Shown piece by piece: positions 19,727 to 30,291 of a stretch of 64,000 nt of DNA (position 1 is the first letter of the stretch; each line of letters starts with the position of its first letter). The DNA comes from Candidatus Magasanikiibacteriota bacterium (GTDB taxonomy: Bacteria > Patescibacteriota > Patescibacteriia > Magasanikbacterales > GWA2-37-8): positions 277,992 to 341,991 of the forward strand of contig JAGOQR010000001.1 in the NCBI GenBank assembly GCA_017991415.1, given 5' to 3'. The position numbers were made by a program, and so were the translations under genes. Under the pieces are notes generated by a model. It saw nothing but the letters and a program-made list of their open reading frames with translations. It was not told the origin of the DNA and did no database searches.

Positions 19727-20131
19727 CTATATTTTACCACTACCTTTAGGGTTAAAGCCTCTACGAACTTCGTATCCATCGTTAAATGTATCACTATCGC
19801 TATCGCTCTTAAGAGGATCGGTTTTGTAAATATTTATTTCTTGCCAATCTGTTAAACCATCGCCATCGGTATCGGAATTCGTTGGGTCGGTTTTATAAGC
19901 CTGCTCATCAACGTCGGCAATACCATCAAAATCCTGATCCGCCGCAGAGATATTTTTAACGGCTTGATTAAACTCTTTTTCTTTAACGACATCAAATGCA
20001 GGCGTAGAAGATACTGTGCCTGTATCAACAAATTCGTTTTGTTTATTTTTTAATTTTTTATATAGAAAAAAACCTATCACTGCTAAAATGATAACTACTA
20101 ATAGGACTACTATTTTTTTATTTCTTTCCAT
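19727..20131 (-). CDS. small signal-anchored protein with thrombospondin type-3-like repeats (paralogue C)
   Basis: N-terminal TM helix, [13 protein letters not shown] / [14 protein letters not shown] / [13 protein letters not shown] repeats, and a C-terminal xGxxPxGxGKx tail shared with paralogue B. Confidence 0.6.
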   Translation of the reverse strand: MERNKKIVVLLVVIILAVIGFFLYKKLKNKQNEFVDTGTVSSTPAFDVVKEKEFNQAVKNISAADQDFDGIADVDEQAYKTDPTNSDTDGDGLTDWQEINIYKTDPLKSDSDSDTFNDGYEVRRGFNPKGSGKI

Positions 20132-20136
20132 ACGGT

Positions 20137-23100
20137 TTAATTGGTAGGAGCAGCGTAAATAAAGTTTGCTGGGTTGGTTACAATAGTATTTACATTTAAA
20201 ATATCATCATCTGTTATCAAATTAGACCCAGATGGCTTATTGATATTAAATACTTGCCAATACTTGGCACTTTGATTATCCGAAGGAGCTGCTGCTTGAA
20301 AATAAAAAGTTTTTACCGGGGTACCAAACCGATAGAAGTTTCTATCTTGATTATTAGATCCTTGGCCACCAGATTCAACCAGAGTTTGAGACTCAATTGT
20401 ATTAATATCATTTTCTGGCAAATAAACGTCCACCTTCATTCGAGCCGTGTTTTTAAATTGTCTTATAGCTACACTAGGGGACTTTACATAAAAGGAATAA
20501 GTATCACCTTCCATTGCACCAATATCTACCGTAAATGATTCTGCGTTAGTCTGCCCTACCGTACTGTTAAATCCATGATACCAAATACCATACCAGCGTG
20601 CATTTGGCGTATTATAGTAAGTAACACCAGTGGAATATTTCTTTTGCAATGGATTATCACACGCCAAGCCTGATGTATTACAGTATGAAGCACCTGTAAT
20701 TTCTGGATTAGGAACGAATGGGTTGACCACACCTCCAAAAAAATCTTCGGGGCCTACCCAACTTACTACAATTCGCAAATCATTATTTCTAACAGTATTT
20801 CGAATAATTGGCGATAGCACAAAATCATACTGCCAGCTAGCAGGAGAAGCCACTACCGTAAAATCAAACGGTCTAAACAAATCACGATTTAAGTATGCCA
20901 AATATTTCTTACTCCTATCCTCTCCTGCTGAACATGTCGGATTACTACTTACTAAAGCATTCCCTGCAGCGTACGGATTTAGCAAAGAATACGAAGAAAA
21001 ATCAGTGGATGCCTGATCTTTAATCGCTTTGCCCACCAAAGGAGACCCTAGTGTATTTTGATCACAATTTGTCTTGGCTGTAAAAAAGTCAAAGAACGCT
21101 GTTATTGGCTGGCAATACCCTATCGACAAATAAATAGAACTACTAGTAAGCTCTTTGGTAAAGAGAGGGTCCTTTTGAGCAGCAAGGACAGTAGAAGAAG
21201 CAAGAACGTTAATTAAGCCACCACTTACACTCACCCCATTGGAATCCACACCACAACTTACACAATTTCTTACAACACCCAAAGAACAGTCACCACAAGT
21301 CTTGGTTCCTTTTTTTAATGTATGAGGTACATATGGCTCATTTGCACACTCTAGCTCTTGATACCCATTATGGGCAAGATCTTTGGTAAAAAGCGTAGTG
21401 CTGTTTGTACTTGTTGTCGAAGCATAAATTACCCCGCCAGCCATATCACATCGTTCCGAATTCTCAATAATACCATTACCACAATACTGGGAAGGTTGGA
21501 CATCAATACTATTCTGACAATCAGCCGAACAATACGAACAACTTTGACCATATGCAGGGGTACAGGCTCTACCATTATTTGCCACACCACGATCACATGC
21601 TTCATTTGCATCTACAATATTATTTCCACAAGAACCGCTCGGTAGATTAGTTGCGACAGGCGTAGTAGTCGGCAGACAAAACCAATTTCCTTGGTAACTA
21701 TTTCTAACTTCATCTTCGGATAAGACACGCTTATATATTTTTATCTCGTCAAGACTTCCTGAAAAAATATTTGTATAATTTCCAGCTGAACTTAAAGACG
21801 CTCCAATAATTGCTTGCGTATTCGATTTATTCATAAAAGAAACTGGCCCTGTCGAAGCTTTGGTATTTTCTAGATTTCCGTTTATATATATTTTTGCAAT
21901 GTTATTTGTACCTACCCGCTCAAATGTTCCTACTATATGAGTCCATACATTTAATGCAATTGCAGTATTAGAATCAACACCTGTTGCCAAGCCGTTATTC
22001 CATAAATTAAATCGAGCTGTATGGCCAGTAGAAGAAGCATTTAATTCTAACCCGTATCCTACACCAACGCCTGGCCCACCTTTTTCTATAACACGGGCAT
22101 ACAACGTATCATAATGAACAGGTTTAACCCAAGCCTCAACACTAATACTCTCAGGTGTTAAGAGGCTAACATGATCACTGACCTGTAAATATTTTGGCTT
22201 ATTAATATCTGAGCCAAAATTCAAACCATTCCCAAACCGTCCTTGGTCTATAAGCGGACAATGCAAGAGATCGCATTTTGCATCATTATCATTTACCGAA
22301 TTGTCTGGTGTAGAAGTAATGCCGCTTATCTTTTTTAGCTCTTCAAACTGCCACCAAGCAAGAGCATACTGATCTGCTTTTTTACAATCACTTGTACAAA
22401 CTTTTATGCCCGGCTGATTATTAATCGTACATACTTGTGAGCCCTCACAACTTTCGCCGTGCTCCGTCTGTACAATGTTATCTCCACAATACGGACCCCA
22501 ATTCTGACAATCCCACGCACAAGAATTTTGCCGACCAGCTACACTATATCTTTCCTGTCCTGACAATCCTGAATCACATACTTCATAGGCAGACTCTACA
22601 GTGCCATTACCACACCTACCCAACGGACTCAGACCAGTACATAACAAATTACAATGATTATATTTACCATTTAAATTTCCATCATCACAGGTTTCTCCTG
22701 ACTCTTTTACCCCATTACCACAGCTGCTTAAATTACTGCAGAGCGTAGTCGAGGCAACCCACTGACAAGAACTATTACAAACTTTTAAATTTTTTATACT
22801 ACCCACACATCCTGCCTGATATTCGACCCTACCTTGAGGATCACACTGCTCTCCTTTATCTAAATTTAACTTACCATCGCCACAGACACCTGATTGCACG
22901 GTTGAAATTTCTTGATCAAAATTACACACACCAGAATCTTCGTTAATTTTAACAACGCTCGTACTCACAAAACTAGCTACGAAACTATTAAAATTATTTG
23001 GAGTAATACCAGTATCTTCAAAATGAGCTCTTATAGTATAAGCACCTGTACTCGAAGAAACTATATATCTATATGCATAGGACTCTCGATTGCAGGCAAA

Positions 23101-23436
23101 ACTAAAACGACGATCCGCTGTACTCCAGCCAGTAGTAGGGTCATGCAAAATACAAGCCTCGCCTCCTTCACACTGACTATCATTTAAACAAAAACGGTTG
23201 GTGTTTACCGCACAGGTACCTGCCAAACCAAGCTGGTTGATAGGATCGGTTGGTAGAGCTTGACCTAAGGCAGTGCCGAGCAAAGACCAGGATGGCCACA
23301 CACTTAAGGTTTGACCAACTAAATATGTCCCCTCTTTTAAAGGAGGAATGTTAGCAGCTACAGCTTTATAAAAAAATAAAAAACTTAGCGCCAAAACAAT
23401 TATAGTTGAAGATACAAATAATTTTTTATTTTTCAT
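20137..23436 (-). CDS. secreted 1099-aa surface protein with Cys-rich CGNG...E.CD repeats and a LamG/concanavalin-like domain
   Basis: Cleavable signal peptide; six or more repeats of the form CG[DN]G-x5-7-E-x-CD; a central LamG_3-like segment ending [19 protein letters not shown]. Confidence 0.6.
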   Translation of the reverse strand: MKNKKLFVSSTIIVLALSFLFFYKAVAANIPPLKEGTYLVGQTLSVWPSWSLLGTALGQALPTDPINQLGLAGTCAVNTNRFCLNDSQCEGGEACILHDPTTGWSTADRRFSFACNRESYAYRYIVSSSTGAYTIRAHFEDTGITPNNFNSFVASFVSTSVVKINEDSGVCNFDQEISTVQSGVCGDGKLNLDKGEQCDPQGRVEYQAGCVGSIKNLKVCNSSCQWVASTTLCSNLSSCGNGVKESGETCDDGNLNGKYNHCNLLCTGLSPLGRCGNGTVESAYEVCDSGLSGQERYSVAGRQNSCAWDCQNWGPYCGDNIVQTEHGESCEGSQVCTINNQPGIKVCTSDCKKADQYALAWWQFEELKKISGITSTPDNSVNDNDAKCDLLHCPLIDQGRFGNGLNFGSDINKPKYLQVSDHVSLLTPESISVEAWVKPVHYDTLYARVIEKGGPGVGVGYGLELNASSTGHTARFNLWNNGLATGVDSNTAIALNVWTHIVGTFERVGTNNIAKIYINGNLENTKASTGPVSFMNKSNTQAIIGASLSSAGNYTNIFSGSLDEIKIYKRVLSEDEVRNSYQGNWFCLPTTTPVATNLPSGSCGNNIVDANEACDRGVANNGRACTPAYGQSCSYCSADCQNSIDVQPSQYCGNGIIENSERCDMAGGVIYASTTSTNSTTLFTKDLAHNGYQELECANEPYVPHTLKKGTKTCGDCSLGVVRNCVSCGVDSNGVSVSGGLINVLASSTVLAAQKDPLFTKELTSSSIYLSIGYCQPITAFFDFFTAKTNCDQNTLGSPLVGKAIKDQASTDFSSYSLLNPYAAGNALVSSNPTCSAGEDRSKKYLAYLNRDLFRPFDFTVVASPASWQYDFVLSPIIRNTVRNNDLRIVVSWVGPEDFFGGVVNPFVPNPEITGASYCNTSGLACDNPLQKKYSTGVTYYNTPNARWYGIWYHGFNSTVGQTNAESFTVDIGAMEGDTYSFYVKSPSVAIRQFKNTARMKVDVYLPENDINTIESQTLVESGGQGSNNQDRNFYRFGTPVKTFYFQAAAPSDNQSAKYWQVFNINKPSGSNLITDDDILNVNTIVTNPANFIYAAPTN

Positions 23437-23472
23437 AATACAGCAGTATTATACCACACTATTTTCCAGACT

Positions 23473-26400
23473 TTACAAACCAAGCAACGACTGAATCTCG
23501 CTCAAATCTCTCAGTCGTATATAATTTCTTTTTAACTTATCAATCTGCACCGAACATACTTCTCCATTGTTACAGTCTAAATCTGTTTGACAGGCTGTTG
23601 TAGCACCAGGATTTTCCATAGTTGCTCCACAATAGCCATAATTAGTTAAGTTAGTGTTAAAGCTTAGATTACTAATTAATTGCTCAAACACCGCTCTAGT
23701 CTCGGATTTAGCATCCGCATTAATACTAAACAGGTAGATATTAGAGAATAAATTATATGAGGTGTCAGAATAATTGAGTGCATCCACATAAATATTATTT
23801 CCATCAGTTAAAGCATCATATCCATCTATTTTTGTAGTCTGCATATTGCCAGTAAAGCCTTGCCCGCCAAGAGCACGGTCGTTTTCAAACCACTGCGAAA
23901 CTGTTAAATGTTGCGGATTAGAGAAAACAGAAATACCAATCGCATCATTATTTTTAGCATTGGTAAAGATAAATCTTTTGAGACTTGATGTAGGACTATC
24001 TGCCACCACAGGAGCGTCTGCTTGCACCGCTGGTCGTAAATAAGGAAGGTCGTCAGAAACACCAAACACACCTTTATCCGCGCAGTAGTATGTTCTAAAG
24101 TTAAAATAGCCACCAGCCTGAGAAGACGGAATTGTAAACCCATTAAATGTATCTAACGATAAATCGTACTGATCATTATTATTTAACTTATCTTCATATG
24201 GGAAAATAATAAATGGACCATTACCACCGATATATAAATCTTTAGGCGGCCATGGATTCTCGCATAAAAACACAATCGCTCTTGACTTGCCTGTAGCTAC
24301 TAAACCAGATTGCGAGGAATAGCTATTATCTGTTATAACTGCCGAAGCTCGAACATCAATTTCGCCATTACGATTTTGAGCAGTAATAATATTTAGAGAA
24401 GAAGTAGTGCTAATCAAATTAACATACGGATTTCCAACAGGCTGCCATAAATAATTCCAAGAATAATAGCCTGGGATCGGCTGAATTCGAGCCGAATTAC
24501 TACTGTAGGCCGAAGCCAACAAGGTAGAACTGGCATTAACTCGGTTGAAATATACTTGCGACGGTTCTACCGAAACCTTCTCAACTTCACAAATATTAGT
24601 TCCTGTAATAAATTTCCAGCTGATTGGCTTGGTAGTGTTGCCGTTATTACCAATTTTCATACCCTGTTTACTTGCAATAACATCTTTTAAAGCAACGAAA
24701 TAATCCGAATCAACAGCAAGTGGTTTTGAAAGTTTGAAGACTACTTTGCTGAGCGAATTACTAATAGGCTCTACATCTGCTTGTCCGATATCTTCGCCCG
24801 CACACCATCTCGTAGAACGAATTTCTGTACGCAAAGCCTCTACAGACTGACCAGAAATACTTCTAAAGAAATTAACTACTCGAACAATAATTTTCTTATA
24901 CCAAGGTATATTACTAGACGAATCAGATTGCGCAGCAAGGGCTAAAGCAGTAACATCTTCACCAGTAGCGCAGGTAGAAGAGGTTGTGCCTTTAGCAACT
25001 ATCACATTATTACGAACCGTTGCAGGATCAATTTGCTGGTCAAATACTGCTTCAATAGACGTATTTGGACAAATATTAAACCTAGCGGTAGAAGTAGATC
25101 CCGGAAATACATTTAATAATTTTGGACGCATATAACAACACCCGTTATTCGCCACGGCCCAACCTGACCCCATTCTTGCCTCGCACTGCGCATCCGTTGA
25201 ATAACCACATTGAATTACAAATTCACCACTATCAGAAATACTACCACTCGTCGTATTTTCATTGGTACTGGCGATAATACTGCTTTTTTGAGTAGCAGGA
25301 ACTCCTGTTGGAGTGCCCAATCCTACACCTGTTACTAAAGCCCAAGGATTTACTCCATTATGGACACTTGAAAGATTTGTTTCACAGAATGCGTCCTCAC
25401 CTATCCCCGCAACACCATCCCCACATAAAGAGGGCGCTGTGTACAATAAAGACGAACCACTATTTTGTCTATCTGAACCACAGCCTTCACTTCCAGAAGC
25501 ACATTCGGCATGAGTACTATCTTTATATAGACAGAAATTGTCACACCAATCCGCTTTTCTTCCACCCCCTAAATCACAACCAGCATCTTCATCAGGACTC
25601 ATAACACCATCACCACAACGACTTACTGCGCCTTTACACGCAGCATCAAAAGCACCTTGAGCAAAACCTCCCTTACTCGCTGCATTAGCATAACACCAAG
25701 AATTTGAAAGTTTACTACCCTGATGTAAACAATTCTGAGAACAATTCATACTTGAAGCTGAAGATGTTGCAGAAGAAGCAATACCTAAATCACAATCCTC
25801 TCCTAATCCAACTGAACCATTACCACAAATAGAATCATTTACCGAACTAGCGGCTGTAGAAGCAGCAGATCCTGTTCGCAAACAATTATTTGTACAGCCA
25901 GCTGCAGAAGCAGGTATACCTGGATCGCAATTTTCACCAAGGTTTGGCTCAAAAACCCCATTACCACAAGTTGAAGTACTACTATTTCCTAATCGACGGC
26001 AATCCAAACCACAACCTGCTCCACTAAAAGGAGCATCACAGTCCTCACCGGCTTCTACCACACCATTACCACAAACTGGTACAGCTGTTGCTACCACACT
26101 AATACTACTACCTTTTCTAACACAATTTTTATCACAATACGGATTATTACCACGACTACTAAAGCTTCTTACCCGAGCCACAACATTTGGAGCTGAGGAA
26201 ACATCCGAGGAGCTCCAATTCCAACTCACAGACCAAGGATTTAACTTTTGACCTTGAGTGCTACAAGTATCTGGAGAAGAATAAGGCTGGGCATTGTACA
26301 GTTTTTTACTATCAACAGAATCAGCAATAAATGTTTGCGGCAAAACATCCACCCGACTTATTTTACATTTTTCTGCTTTGGTTTTGAATCTCCAGCTAAA

Positions 26401-29400
26401 TTCTTTATTGTATGGCTTGGAGAATGTATTAGGATCTCCCAAACGAGAAGCGGACCATAATAAATTTGGTGAATTAGTATCTGTGCTTGAAGCTGACAAA
26501 ACAACCTTGTAAATAGTATTTGGTTCTAGCTCAGAAGAATCAAGAGTTGAGTTGGCAATTTTTAAAACTTTATAATTTTCAGCGCCATCTAAAACGACAT
26601 CTACAGCCACTAACACTGGTGTGGTGCTCAAACAATTTTCGTCATTACATTTTAATAATTTTATTGGACCACTAATCGCAGACCCAGGCAAATTTCTTCT
26701 TGACATAGTGGTATTAAAACGAACACCTACTTCGGAGTTTGTACATGACTCCAAACATTTTGGCCAAAAATCTACCACTTCAGGATTATTTAAATCAATA
26801 GTAAGCGGACTTACTCCGATGTATGTAGAAGAAGCAATGGTGGCTTGCGCTGAAATATTTATACTATTATTTGGATTTACCAAGCCTACCCCTACCGTAT
26901 TAGCTAAGGCCGAAACTTTTGCTGAATCGTTATTAGTTGAATAAATATCAGCATACGTATTATTTTGAGTATCCCAAGTCCAATCAAACGCATCGGTATT
27001 CATAACCACACAATGCTGTGTCGTTAAACCATGACCACTATATACCACATCTTCACCGTCGCTAGCTGCGGTCTGGCGATGTTTGATAGGCTCTTCTAAT
27101 ACAGAGGTCCAATAACTATACGGGGTAATAACCACCTTTTTCATTCTGCAATCTTGAGAATCAGCTCGAAAAACAAAGCAATACGCAGAATTTGGACCAC
27201 AAGGTTTATCTTGGGCTAGTGGAACTGTGGAAGTGCCAACACCCGCACTAATACCTGACTTTAAAATAACTTGATACCAGGTATTATCTTTCCATTTTCC
27301 ACTATTATAGGCAGCATCTGGATTAAGTTGTAAATAGCTAGTATTTTCTGTGCTGAGAGCAGGGTCTAAGTCTCCTACACCACTAACTGGAACAATTTGA
27401 GATGAGGTACACGTTCGAGCTGCCTCATCTATTGTATTGGCCTGACATTCATTAATAACAAAATTCGATCGAGGAATATTGTTTATATTTGGAGAACTAA
27501 ATTCCACCACAACCGAAGCAGTACGACAAATATTATGATGGGAATCATTTGTAGAAACATCCCACTGAGCACTTGGGGACGGACTTGGAATATTTAAACC
27601 CAAATCTGTATTATTATCACATCTTTCTATAACACGAGGCACGCGCGGTATGTCTTTCGTGCTTATTCGCCAAATATACCCAGCTGAAAAAGTCTCCCCT
27701 TCACACAATTCATTGGTTGGTCGACACAAACCAGCTTCAGACCCAGAAACACAACAATGAGTATTTGGAACAGTACAGGTATTATTATTTCGAACACAGT
27801 CGAGCACAGAAAAATTAGCGGGATTGCTTATTCTATTATCCGAAGCTCTTGATACTACTACTGGCCCACTACGAGTACCAAGTGGTGGCAAGGTCGAGAC
27901 TGATTGACCAACAATCAAATTTGATACTGTAGACAAACTAGATAATAAGCGACCAGAGACAGCTGTTGGAGAGGCACCTTCAGTCCAAAAATAAACAGAT
28001 GGATTTGGCCCAAAGTATTCTCCTGTAATTTGTATTTTAGGAGCATCCGCAGAAAATGGTACTGGCCCCGACAGCGGATTAATATTACAGATACCCGGAT
28101 TTGGCTCGCCACTATCTAAGTTGAAAATTGGCCCAATCTGACTCCATCCTTGCGAAGCATCTGCAGGACGAACTTGCACAAAATAACTTTTACCAGCCTC
28201 ACCACTTCCAGAAGGGAATTTTACAATTATTTGATTATTTGACCACGTATTACGACATCCAACAGGAAAATTAAAATTTCCTTCGATAGCATCACCAGGC
28301 TGACCATTTACGTTTTCTTTAAACCAAACTCTACCAATTTGATTACCAAAATTATTACCGCTAATTGTTATATACGATCCTTTAGCTCCATGATCTGGAG
28401 AAATTTCAGAAATTACTGGGGCAGAATCACTTAGGCCTTGGTCTACAAAAAATCTAACACTATTACTCTCTAAATTATTTTGAGTAATAGCAACACCTAC
28501 CGGACCATTGTTAAGTAAAGGCACTCTTGTTCTTACCAAAGTATCAGTCCAATTTGCCAAGGTAGTTAAAACATTTTGACCAGCAAAAGATACTTGCCCA
28601 GGCGCATTTCCCAATCTTTTTCCTACAAGCGAAACTTCTGTACCAGGTAAACCATTAGCAGGATTAACCGAACACAAGCCAGGACGAACCAAATTATTAA
28701 CTTCGAAATCACTAATACGTGGACCAAAATTATCATCAGTAGAATCAATAAATTTACCTGCACTTGTTGTTGCTGTCTCAACCCTAATTGAGCCACTGGT
28801 CGCATTAGGTGGAACTTCTGCAATAATTTGCCAAGGCTTCCAATTTGACGACCCGCAGGCAGTAGCGAGCGGAGCTTCAATATTATTTATAAAAACTTTT
28901 CCAGGGTTAGTACCAAAATAACTTCCAGAGATTGTTACAAGAGTTCCTGGCCCACCAGACAAAGGAGAAACATTATTAATTCTCATTTTATCTATACAGG
29001 TACCTGCTTGTGTATCACAATAGCCACTACTACACTGCGTATTAGTTGTACAAGCTGATCCTGGACAAGCGCCACACTCACCACCACAAGCCGGAGGACC
29101 AGCTTGCACCTCTCCTAAATCTGATTGCAGATTACCATCAAAACAGTGCTGCGGTAATAAATTTACTTTTGTGCTTGTTGTATAAGAAAGGGCTGACCAA
29201 TCATAACCTGTTGCAGAAAGTGTATGTTCCCCCACTCCAATACCAGTTGTTGGCCAAGCAACTACCACCGAACCCGATTGCTGACAACCTGAAATAGTTC
29301 TACTGCCAACAAAATAACTATCTGCGCTGAGATCTATTTTTTGAACACCATTATCGTCGGTATATCGTACTGTTACTGGCACCGAAGATCCTGATTGCAA

Positions 29401-30261
29401 TAAATCAGAAGCAATTGGTTCAATTTTTATTTCTGGAGGCAACCTATCTACACCCTCTCCTGTAGTAAATTCTACATTTCCACAACCAGCTCTAATAGCA
29501 CAATTTAAGGTCATTTGCCCATCTAAATTTTTGACTGCGCTTGGATTTTTAAAATGCAAAATATATTTAGTAGAAGCAGCCAAACAATCTGCAGCACCAC
29601 TACCACAATCACCCGCTGGTACAAAGGCAGCAGTATTTTCTGTTAACAAACTCCATTGCCCCGCCTGCTCTTGTCCACCTTCTGTTTGCACTACTATATT
29701 ACCATCAAGAGTTCTTACATCTACAGCTCTATTAAAAGTAACCGTCACGTGAACATTGCGAATACACATAGCGCCTCCTTGTGGCAGGCTATCAACATAA
29801 AAAATTCCAGATGGAAAATATGGATTGTCACCTGTTGGTGAACCATTACCAGAATTAAAATCACCGCCAGTGGCATCGACTAGTCTACTAATAACAAAGC
29901 TAGCAATAGCATAGGAAGACAAAATTATAACAAGACCAATAACCGCATTAAGTAAAATCTTCTTAGCTTGAGAAACTTTCTCCTCATCACCACCAGAAGT
30001 CATCCAAACAACCCCGCCATATAAAATAAGTGCCAACGCAACTATACCAAGAAGCCCCAAAGCTGTGCGAATAATTCGCGCAACTACTAATCGTATGTCT
30101 GTAGATGGTAGGCCAATATTATTTTCTATTGGCTGAAGCCCCAAATCTGGAGCGCTCGTTGTTTGAGCCAAAACAAAATCTTTACCAAAAAACAAACTAA
30201 CGCCAACAAGTATTGCAAACAAAGACAGGAAGATAATTTTTTTTACTTTATTTTTTTCCAT
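23473..30261 (-). CDS. giant 2262-aa surface protein with a VirB2/TrbC-pilin-like N-terminal module plus IPT/TIG-like domains and Cys-rich repeats
   Basis: N-terminal signal peptide (cleavage near AQT), then two hydrophobic helices joined by a VWMTSGG loop, mirroring VirB2. Repeated P-x-S-G-P-x-G-T-x-V-T-I-x-G-x-x-F segments (IPT/TIG-like). Five tandem CGNG-x-E-CD Cys-rich repeats near residues 1397-1630. An SD-like AAGGAG lies 8 nt upstream of the ATG. Confidence 0.6.
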   Translation of the reverse strand: MEKNKVKKIIFLSLFAILVGVSLFFGKDFVLAQTTSAPDLGLQPIENNIGLPSTDIRLVVARIIRTALGLLGIVALALILYGGVVWMTSGGDEEKVSQAKKILLNAVIGLVIILSSYAIASFVISRLVDATGGDFNSGNGSPTGDNPYFPSGIFYVDSLPQGGAMCIRNVHVTVTFNRAVDVRTLDGNIVVQTEGGQEQAGQWSLLTENTAAFVPAGDCGSGAADCLAASTKYILHFKNPSAVKNLDGQMTLNCAIRAGCGNVEFTTGEGVDRLPPEIKIEPIASDLLQSGSSVPVTVRYTDDNGVQKIDLSADSYFVGSRTISGCQQSGSVVVAWPTTGIGVGEHTLSATGYDWSALSYTTSTKVNLLPQHCFDGNLQSDLGEVQAGPPACGGECGACPGSACTTNTQCSSGYCDTQAGTCIDKMRINNVSPLSGGPGTLVTISGSYFGTNPGKVFINNIEAPLATACGSSNWKPWQIIAEVPPNATSGSIRVETATTSAGKFIDSTDDNFGPRISDFEVNNLVRPGLCSVNPANGLPGTEVSLVGKRLGNAPGQVSFAGQNVLTTLANWTDTLVRTRVPLLNNGPVGVAITQNNLESNSVRFFVDQGLSDSAPVISEISPDHGAKGSYITISGNNFGNQIGRVWFKENVNGQPGDAIEGNFNFPVGCRNTWSNNQIIVKFPSGSGEAGKSYFVQVRPADASQGWSQIGPIFNLDSGEPNPGICNINPLSGPVPFSADAPKIQITGEYFGPNPSVYFWTEGASPTAVSGRLLSSLSTVSNLIVGQSVSTLPPLGTRSGPVVVSRASDNRISNPANFSVLDCVRNNNTCTVPNTHCCVSGSEAGLCRPTNELCEGETFSAGYIWRISTKDIPRVPRVIERCDNNTDLGLNIPSPSPSAQWDVSTNDSHHNICRTASVVVEFSSPNINNIPRSNFVINECQANTIDEAARTCTSSQIVPVSGVGDLDPALSTENTSYLQLNPDAAYNSGKWKDNTWYQVILKSGISAGVGTSTVPLAQDKPCGPNSAYCFVFRADSQDCRMKKVVITPYSYWTSVLEEPIKHRQTAASDGEDVVYSGHGLTTQHCVVMNTDAFDWTWDTQNNTYADIYSTNNDSAKVSALANTVGVGLVNPNNSINISAQATIASSTYIGVSPLTIDLNNPEVVDFWPKCLESCTNSEVGVRFNTTMSRRNLPGSAISGPIKLLKCNDENCLSTTPVLVAVDVVLDGAENYKVLKIANSTLDSSELEPNTIYKVVLSASSTDTNSPNLLWSASRLGDPNTFSKPYNKEFSWRFKTKAEKCKISRVDVLPQTFIADSVDSKKLYNAQPYSSPDTCSTQGQKLNPWSVSWNWSSSDVSSAPNVVARVRSFSSRGNNPYCDKNCVRKGSSISVVATAVPVCGNGVVEAGEDCDAPFSGAGCGLDCRRLGNSSTSTCGNGVFEPNLGENCDPGIPASAAGCTNNCLRTGSAASTAASSVNDSICGNGSVGLGEDCDLGIASSATSSASSMNCSQNCLHQGSKLSNSWCYANAASKGGFAQGAFDAACKGAVSRCGDGVMSPDEDAGCDLGGGRKADWCDNFCLYKDSTHAECASGSEGCGSDRQNSGSSLLYTAPSLCGDGVAGIGEDAFCETNLSSVHNGVNPWALVTGVGLGTPTGVPATQKSSIIASTNENTTSGSISDSGEFVIQCGYSTDAQCEARMGSGWAVANNGCCYMRPKLLNVFPGSTSTARFNICPNTSIEAVFDQQIDPATVRNNVIVAKGTTSSTCATGEDVTALALAAQSDSSSNIPWYKKIIVRVVNFFRSISGQSVEALRTEIRSTRWCAGEDIGQADVEPISNSLSKVVFKLSKPLAVDSDYFVALKDVIASKQGMKIGNNGNTTKPISWKFITGTNICEVEKVSVEPSQVYFNRVNASSTLLASAYSSNSARIQPIPGYYSWNYLWQPVGNPYVNLISTTSSLNIITAQNRNGEIDVRASAVITDNSYSSQSGLVATGKSRAIVFLCENPWPPKDLYIGGNGPFIIFPYEDKLNNNDQYDLSLDTFNGFTIPSSQAGGYFNFRTYYCADKGVFGVSDDLPYLRPAVQADAPVVADSPTSSLKRFIFTNAKNNDAIGISVFSNPQHLTVSQWFENDRALGGQGFTGNMQTTKIDGYDALTDGNNIYVDALNYSDTSYNLFSNIYLFSINADAKSETRAVFEQLISNLSFNTNLTNYGYCGATMENPGATTACQTDLDCNNGEVCSVQIDKLKRNYIRLRDLSEIQSLLGL

Positions 30262-30291
30262 ACTTCCTACTCCTTAGATATTATATAAGTA

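Noticed and set aside
20137-30261. CRISPR arrays or non-coding tandem repeats in the repetitive giant-gene region
   Set aside because: The repeats are in-frame, protein-coding domain repeats with variable sequence. There are no short identical direct repeats with unique spacers anywhere in the window.
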